A stretch of 57,279 nt of DNA, filler included, from Dimargaris cristalligena (lineage: Eukaryota): NCBI GenBank assembly GCA_003614675.1. It is 3 parts of 3 records of this genome, joined end to end, with 100 filler letters (N's around TTAATTAATTAA, not from the genome) between each part and the next. Parts side by side here need not be neighbours in the genome. Positions count along the whole stretch, not along the records: positions 38,256 to 57,279 come from ML002744.1; 2 more parts are not named here. One strand, written 5' to 3'. Each line of letters opens with the position of its first letter. Position 1 is the stretch's first letter. The translations under genes and the position numbers were made by a program. Of the stretch, positions 50,734 to 57,279 are shown piece by piece. The notes below the pieces were generated by a model. That model did not search any database, was not told the origin of the DNA, and was given only the letters and a program-made list of their open reading frames with translations.

Positions 50734-53728
50734 ATGGAGAAGCCTTTTTCTGATGTGACACCTACCATGGTAGTCACATTTAAACTGGCCGAATTTTGGT
50801 GGGAAGGCGCTCTTTTGGCGGTCGGCTTGGCTCTGCTGTTCCAAATTTCCCCTCCCGATGGTTTCCGTATTCATCCAACTGGGATGACCTTGGTTTATCT
50901 CACTATTGCCGCGTTTTTAATTATGCGTCGCTACCGCCTGGGTCACCACTTGTTAAAACCGCGTCGAAGAGATGGTGAGATCACAAGCGTTCGAGTAATG
51001 ATAACTAGTTCTCCCTATACACAATTTCGCATTTCAAATTGATTTTAGATCCTAACCTATATTATATTGGTTGACCTATGTCGATCGTTCGTTTTCGGGT
51101 TGTAGAATTCCTGTCTCTTTACCTTTCTAGAGCTTCACGGGCTGGTCTCGAAATACCCTGGCTATACACCACCCAAGCAATGATGTGGGTAGTATTCATA
51201 TTCATGTATATTGAGGCCGCCGCAGTGTTTTTCGCCGTTTATGCTGACCCTGCCACGCCGACGGACTGGCATCCCTGGCTCAGATCTGCAACAATTCAGC
51301 AGGTTACCATTGCCTTCACCGCTGCAGTCTACCATTTCTTGTTCTCCGAGGCCAATTTTCAGTCCATTATCAAAAAAACCCCCAGTTGGTTTCCCCACTG
51401 GCTACAACTCTGGGTGGTGGCGGTTGTTTTCCACACCTGGGAGCTTGGTCAACTTGTGCTGAGTAGCGAATATCCGAACAATAGTGTCCCCAGTGCCGAT
51501 TATTTTGCACGCTACCTTACACTAGGTATTGTGGTTACCAAATTATTGTTGGCTGTTCTTAGCGTAGCCGTCCCTATCTTTGCCATGTGGTACCATGCCA
51601 TTGGTATTTTCTCGCAAACTGAGTCACCTCAAGGCCCGTTGGAGCCACAGACTGTGAAGAACCGGACATCTTCTGCGAATAACGAGTATAGCGATAGTGT
51701 CCCTCATACCTATTACTCGCCGTGGGTAGTTTGTACCCGAACATTTGGCATCATTTACGACCTGGTGTTCCCTTTGGACCTTTCCGTAGCCCTTCGACTG
51801 GCATCGAGCTTGGTGTTTGAGCTCTTTACCCAATGGGCCCGGGCCTTTGAACCGGGTTACTATAAGGATCTTCTCGATGCGTTGGCTATTCGCGAATTAG
51901 CCTTCCCCGCTGTGATCAGATACAGCGTGTCCAGCATGGTCAACGAATTGGTAAATGCGAATTGGAGGCCAAAAAAATACCGCCATAACAATGTAAAATC
52001 ATTCATCAATTCCAGGTGCGAGGTGTTCCTTTACTCAGTTTCGCTGGCCAAGTCTATGCGTTTTCACTCAGAAAATGCTGGTCGCCGACAGGCCAATATG
52101 CACTTCGATGCCGCCCGAGGCCTGGACGGATTTGTGGACCTTGTTTTCGTCAGGTTAGGACCCGCCCTGTTTGGGATGCTGGTGTCTGTTTACCAGTATC
52201 GTTGGATTTACAACTCATACTTCATGTCTCTTTCGTTAGCCATGGGTATATGGGAATTGGCCACAACTGTTGTGATTATTCCTGTCTTATACCTCAACCA
52301 ATTTTGGCTTCTTAATCGGTGCTCGGACGAATCTCATGACAGCAACATGGCCCTCATTTTATCCGACCTGGTAAAGCAGTATGCAGGGGAGCAGTTTCAC
52401 ATCGATAGGCACCTGGACCTCATCACCAAGGGACGAGATGGGTCAAAGGTGAATCTTTCCGCGGATAATGATATAACGTTCAAAGATGTTCACCGAATGA
52501 TCCAGAAGCTACTCCAATTTATAGGTATTATTATGTGCCTGAGGCTTCTTGCCCGGGGGGAAATGAAGTCCACCGACGTTCTATTTTTTGTAACTCATTT
52601 TAGCGGAACATATCGGCCATTGACTTACTTAGCCAGTCTCATCCGCGAGACTATACAAGTATATACTCATTGCCAAGCCCTTCTGCGACTTATCGATAGT
52701 GGCAATGAGGTATGCGACCCCGACGACGCGCCTGCCAACTGGGATATTTCTGAAGGTACCATTGAGTTTAAAGACGTGTATTTCAGTTACAACTCGAAGC
52801 ACCCGGTGCTAAACGGTGTCAGCTTTAAGGTCCAGGGTGGTACCACCACGGCGATTGTCGGCAAGACCGGGGGTGGTAAAACTACAATCACCCAATTAAT
52901 CGCGCGTTTTTACGACGTTAACCGGGGGAGTGTCACTATTGACGGGGTCGATGTACGCCACGTAAAGCAGAGGGACCTCCGCAAGTCCATATCAATAGTG
53001 CCGCAGGTAAATTACTAGCGATAAAATTAGTGTATATATATTCATCGATGTTCTCATGTCTTTTTCGTTTAGGTTGGTTTAAAATTCATTAACCCCGACC
53101 TGTCCGACTGTATTTTATTTGTTTTAAATATTCTTGTTATAACTATGCTCCATCCGGCTTCGATTTTTCGCTTTGACCTGGAAATTTGGATTGAAAGAAA
53201 GCCGAAATTCTGCCTACAACTATCCGGCATAACATTCAATACGGCTCGGCTTCCACCGGCATGAGTGCCACGCCGAAAGACGTCCATGAGGCTGCTTGCA
53301 AAGCGCAAATCCATCAAACAATTTCTTCCCTTCCTTATGGTTATGAGACGCCAATACATGGAAAAAAGAGTACGTTTAGCGGCGGAGAAATCCAGCGTAT
53401 CAATATCGCGCGAGGTTTGATACAACCACACAAAGTTCTACTTCTAGACGAGGCCACATCGGCCTTGGACATGATTACCGAGCGGAAGGTCCAGGGGGCG
53501 CTCAAAGGCGATAATCAGGGTAAAACATGCGTGGTCATTGCCCATCGCCTGTCGACCATTATTCACGCGGACCAGATTTTGGTTCTCCAAGATGGAGGAA
53601 TCGCCGAGCGGGGCACTTTTGCGGAGCTAACCGCCTTACCCGACGGCATCTTCAAAGAGATGTGGGACTCTCAAATGAGAATATCCGAGGGATCCGGAAC
53701 TTCAGTGGCCCCGAAACCTACCATGTAG
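50734..53728 (+). CDS. ABCB-type half transporter, HMT1/ABCB6/ATM1-like, with divergent TMD
   Basis: Exons 50734-50974, 51106-53006, 53198-53728. Walker A GKTGGGKTT, Q-loop IVPQ, signature FSGGE, Walker B LLLDEATSALD and H-loop IAHRLST. Extra N-terminal TM region. Confidence 0.9.
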
Positions 53729-53778
53729 GTAGCGACATACAACAAGTATCCTTATACTACTACTCATATATAAATTAA

Positions 53779-54261
53779 CAGTATACCATGATATCACCCT
53801 TTTTTTAACCCAGTTTATTTTGAATGCAAGTGATGGAAGTTCAATCTGTGTTGCCAACCATTTAAGGGGCACCGCCGGTTTGTCTTTGGGAGTGTCAGCA
53901 GGAGGGGGAACCCCCGGTTTCTTTCCACTGGACAGGTCACCATATTTCGTCATATAGTGCAGAGGGTTGGATTTTGCTGGGTTTGAGGGGGTCGAGACTG
54001 GGGTGGCCTTGGGGAAGTCGCCGCTGATCTTCTGGTCATCCATCACGTTGTACGTCATTGTCTTGCGTCATCAGTTGATAAGAAAAATAAAATAAACTAA
54101 AAGCGTTATAAAAAAACGTTATAATCAAATGGTATAATCAATTTGGTACTCGTAGATACCACAGCTTCAAACTAAGTGAATGAAAGTAAAACAAATAGGA
54201 GTAGTGGCAATAAAATAATCAAATAAAAACTGGGTAAAGGATAATCATTGGTATTATCTAG
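53779..54261 (-). mobile_element. Possible non-autonomous DNA-transposon (hAT-like) relic
   Basis: Imperfect inverted repeats (~53779-53822 vs ~54221-54261, core ATACCA..TGAT..ACCCAGTTT) flank a minus-strand peptide PLKWLATQIELPSLA that recalls the hAT dimerisation motif. Confidence 0.3.
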
Positions 54262-54368
54262 TAAAGTTAATATAAATGTTTATTCTGAGTAATAGAGGCT
54301 TATATTAAAAATAACATATTACAAAAACACTTATCTTGAATTTAACTTGTCCCTTCAACTGAGGGGAT

Positions 54369-54951
54369 TGTTGGCCCTCCTAATCTGACTTAACTCAGAC
54401 TTAACAATTGCCCACCCTTATTAGGCCTTATAGCACCATATTAACCCTCCCATAGTCACCCCCAGTACTCTGGGATCATTATTCAGTATATAACCCATCT
54501 CCTTCCAGCCCTAATGCTTCACACAAAACACTCAACCTGAAAATCCAAAAGAGTCTTCCAGTTCCCATGAGAGTCTTCCAGATATAAAGCCATCTGGTTG
54601 GCCCATCTATCTACCTATACCTTAGTCTTAGTAGCATTTCCCTTGGGACCTCTCTCTGGAGCTGTCCCCATATATATATAACTGGGCCCCACTGGGACTG
54701 GTTTAATTCCTTAGCTTATTCATACCCCCAGTTTACCCTAATAAACCCTATATATACTCATCCCCTTATACTAACTAGTAAGTGTACCCACTACATATCC
54801 CTTGCATATACCTGTACTTATCCTTAATTAGTTAGTACTCTGCCCCCATCCTAATGCTAATAGCCCACTTGGCTGAGTCTAAGCCCCACCTACCATTAGA
54901 AGCCTATCCTTGGGGCTCTTGACAGACTAAGAGTAGTTAACCTGGGTGATA
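54369..54951 (+). mobile_element. LTR copy 2 (TGTTGG...GTGATA), preceded by a polypurine-tract-like GAGGGGA
   Basis: Homologous to copy 1. TG start, TATATATAA at ~54672 and AATAAA at ~54740. No CpG seen. Confidence 0.8.
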
Positions 54952-55772
54952 GTGGGAGCTATCAGTTATATTGACAATTAAAGAATACATACCTTCCCAT
55001 ATTATTACCTGTTATACTATGAATACTATTAACCAAGTAATCTGTTATAATATTATAGTATGTCCTAAATATATAGTAAATGGCTGCCCAAGGAGGGTAT
55101 ATATAGTGCATAATAAATAGTCAGCCCATTTCAATATGCCCACTAGTACATTATTTAGTGACTTAAATATGCCAAGCTAATGAGTATGCCAAGTAAAATA
55201 GGGAATACATCTGGTAGTATTGATTGGTCTTTTGTGAGAGTCCCAGCCACAAATGTAGTAGAAGTTTTGGTAAGTAGGTATTATAAAGTGGCAATATGTA
55301 GCTCCATGAGCACTGTACCAACTAGGCTTTCACCATTTGGTTATCAGTTTACCCACTGATTCTGATGGTGATTTGATGATTATTGATTATTCTGATATTT
55401 GCAATTAATTTTGTCTGATATGATGAATTATATGCAAATCTTTTCCACTCCTTTTGGGAAGTCAATACTAATTTGTAACATTTATTATTTTTACAACCAT
55501 ACAATATGACAAATTTATGACAATTTAAAATATATAGTGTAAATTTTCATATTTAAATAACCATTTTTTGCACCTCTAGTACAGAGAGCCCTCTTTGAAG
55601 CAGAGTACAACATTCTGCCATACCATTCCATTTCCTTCACAACTTGTTTTTAATCCTATTTGTAATGATTAATTATTTTAAATAAATATTATATTCATTT
55701 CATACGGTACTTTTCTTTCCACTAATTATTGCCTATATTAATAGTTCAATTATTTATAATTATTATAATAAT

Positions 55773-56344
55773 GGTTACCTAAGTTTACCATTCTTAGTCT
55801 GTCAAGAGTCCCAAGAATAGGCTTCTAATGGTAGGTGGGGCTTATGCTTGGCCAAGTGGGCTACTAGTATTAGGATGGGGCACTGTACTAGCCAATAAAG
55901 GATAATTGTGGGTATATGCAAGGGATGTACAGTGGGTACACTTACTAGTTAGTATGAGGGGGTGAGTGTATATAGAGTTTATTGAGGTAAACTGGGGGAT
56001 ATGGATAAGCTAAGGAATTGAACCAGTCTATGATGGGGCCTGGTTATATATACATGGGGACAGCTCCAGAGGGAGGTCCCAAAGGGGGATACTACTAAAC
56101 TATGGTATAGACCAACCAGACAGCTTTGTATCTGGAAGACTCTCATGGGAACCAGAAGAGTCTTTGGATCAGCAGGTTGAGTGTTTTGTGCAAAGCATTG
56201 GGGCTGGATGGAGAAGGGTTATATAATAAATGATGATTCCATAGTACCAGGGGTGACTATGGTAGGGTTAATATGGTACTATAAGGCCTAATAAGGGCAG
56301 ACAATCATTAAGTCCAGATTTAAGTTAGATTAGGAGGGCTGACA
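55773..56344 (-). mobile_element. LTR copy 3, inverted relative to copy 2
   Basis: The reverse complement begins TGTCAGCCCTCCTAATCT and aligns with 54369-54951 throughout. No CpG seen. Confidence 0.8.
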
Positions 56345-57154
56345 GGTGTCTAAGGGATCTTGAAAAGTGGACTGTTGATCCACTGAAAACTAGTTCTGCC
56401 TCCCTGTCTAAGGTGGATATTCACTATAAATACACACTGGGGGACATCCCAGTTCAGTGTTTTAATAAAGGGATGAGGTCAGTCAAATACACTGCTTAGA
56501 TTACTAGAAACTAATGTTGGCCTATTTGACAGTAGACTCCCATTTTTCTTGGGAAATTGTTTTGCAATTTATCTCCCCCCACTTTGGTATTATCCCACAT
56601 CCACCAAATTTTAAGAGTGCTCCCCCCTTCCCTATTTGCCACTTATTCTACCTATCCTTGCCCCGTCATATAGAAATTGGACTGATAAATTTCTTAGGAG
56701 GGTGAGCTCTTCAATTTATTAGTTATTGCTGTTGCCATATCAATACAGAATCAATATTAGATGCAAGCCTTGTGTCGGTAAATTATCTAGTGATGTATCA
56801 AACTGCGGGATTTATAGATCTAAAGTGTAGTCCATCCACATGAGTCACAGAGTTTCAGCTACTATACTAGTTGTAGGATTATCAATATAATATACTATAT
56901 ACCCCGTCCCATACAGCCGGGGGTTGTGCTCCAGATATTTTTGCCACATAATAATAACAGAGCTAATCTAATACTAACAACCATTCAAAGGCCTGTTTTA
57001 CTCAGTATTTGTGATTTAATAAGAGTGAAACACGAGGGTGATATATGTTGCCAAGGATTATAGCAAACAGTTAGTCAGTAACTACCATGGACAGTACAAC
57101 AATCCATTAATGAACCAGTTTCACATCCGGAATATGATAAAAAGGGTATGCTGC

Positions 57155-57279
57155 TGTCGCCCGAGTTAACCACTCTTAGTCTGTCAAGAGTCTCGGGGAT
57201 AGGCTTCTAACAGTAGGCGGGGCATTGGACACGGCCAAGCGGGCTACTAGTGTTAGGGGGGGATGACAAGACTAACCGA
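57155..57279 (-). mobile_element. LTR copy 4 (3' end only; contig ends inside it), CpG-intact
   Basis: On + it reads TGTCGCCCGAGTTAACCACTCTTAGTCTGTCAAGAG..., matching the start of 55773. About 7 CpG in 125 bp. Confidence 0.8.

Noticed and set aside
85-54951. LTR copies 1 and 2 as direct repeats bounding a giant 55-kb element
   Set aside because: They are on different contigs separated by two artificial linkers, and the interior is housekeeping genes.
55773-57279. LTR copies 3 and 4 as the two LTRs of one TRIM-like element
   Set aside because: Their very different mutation states argue for different ages, and no PBS/PPT was recognised in the 810-bp interior.

Overview
Eukaryotic (fungal) genomic DNA with GT-AG introns of roughly 100-360 nt. 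The gene set and composition suggest an early-diverging fungus, but that assignment is an inference. The window is not contiguous. It is three similarly sized contigs (1-19029, 19130-38155, 38256-57279) joined by artificial 100-bp N44-TTAATTAATTAA-N44 linkers, so neighbourhoods across the linkers mean nothing. Contig 1 holds an LTR relic, a secreted-protein pseudogene, KGD2, a Sec7-PH ARF-GEF, an omega/xi GST (ECM4-like) and a partial SWP1. Contig 2 holds a partial glycine-rich RRM gene, a fused pseudouridine glycosidase/kinase, a DUF218 protein, an orphan membrane protein, a PNS1/CTL transporter, a coiled-coil orphan and a probable separase N-terminus. Contig 3 holds the verprolin C-terminus, BUD31, RPB11, two mitoribosomal genes, a cytochrome P450, a divergent HMT1/ABCB6-like ABC transporter and an LTR cluster. 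The most notable signals are non-coding. (i) A ~580-bp LTR family has old copies almost free of CpG through CG->TG/CA/TA changes, one young copy keeps its CpGs, and an adjacent gene is interrupted by three stops each one C->T step from a sense codon. Together this looks like RIP-like or methylation-driven repeat hypermutation. (ii) A 138-bp TA-flanked MITE family escapes that process. No clearly novel multi-gene system could be established from sequence alone.
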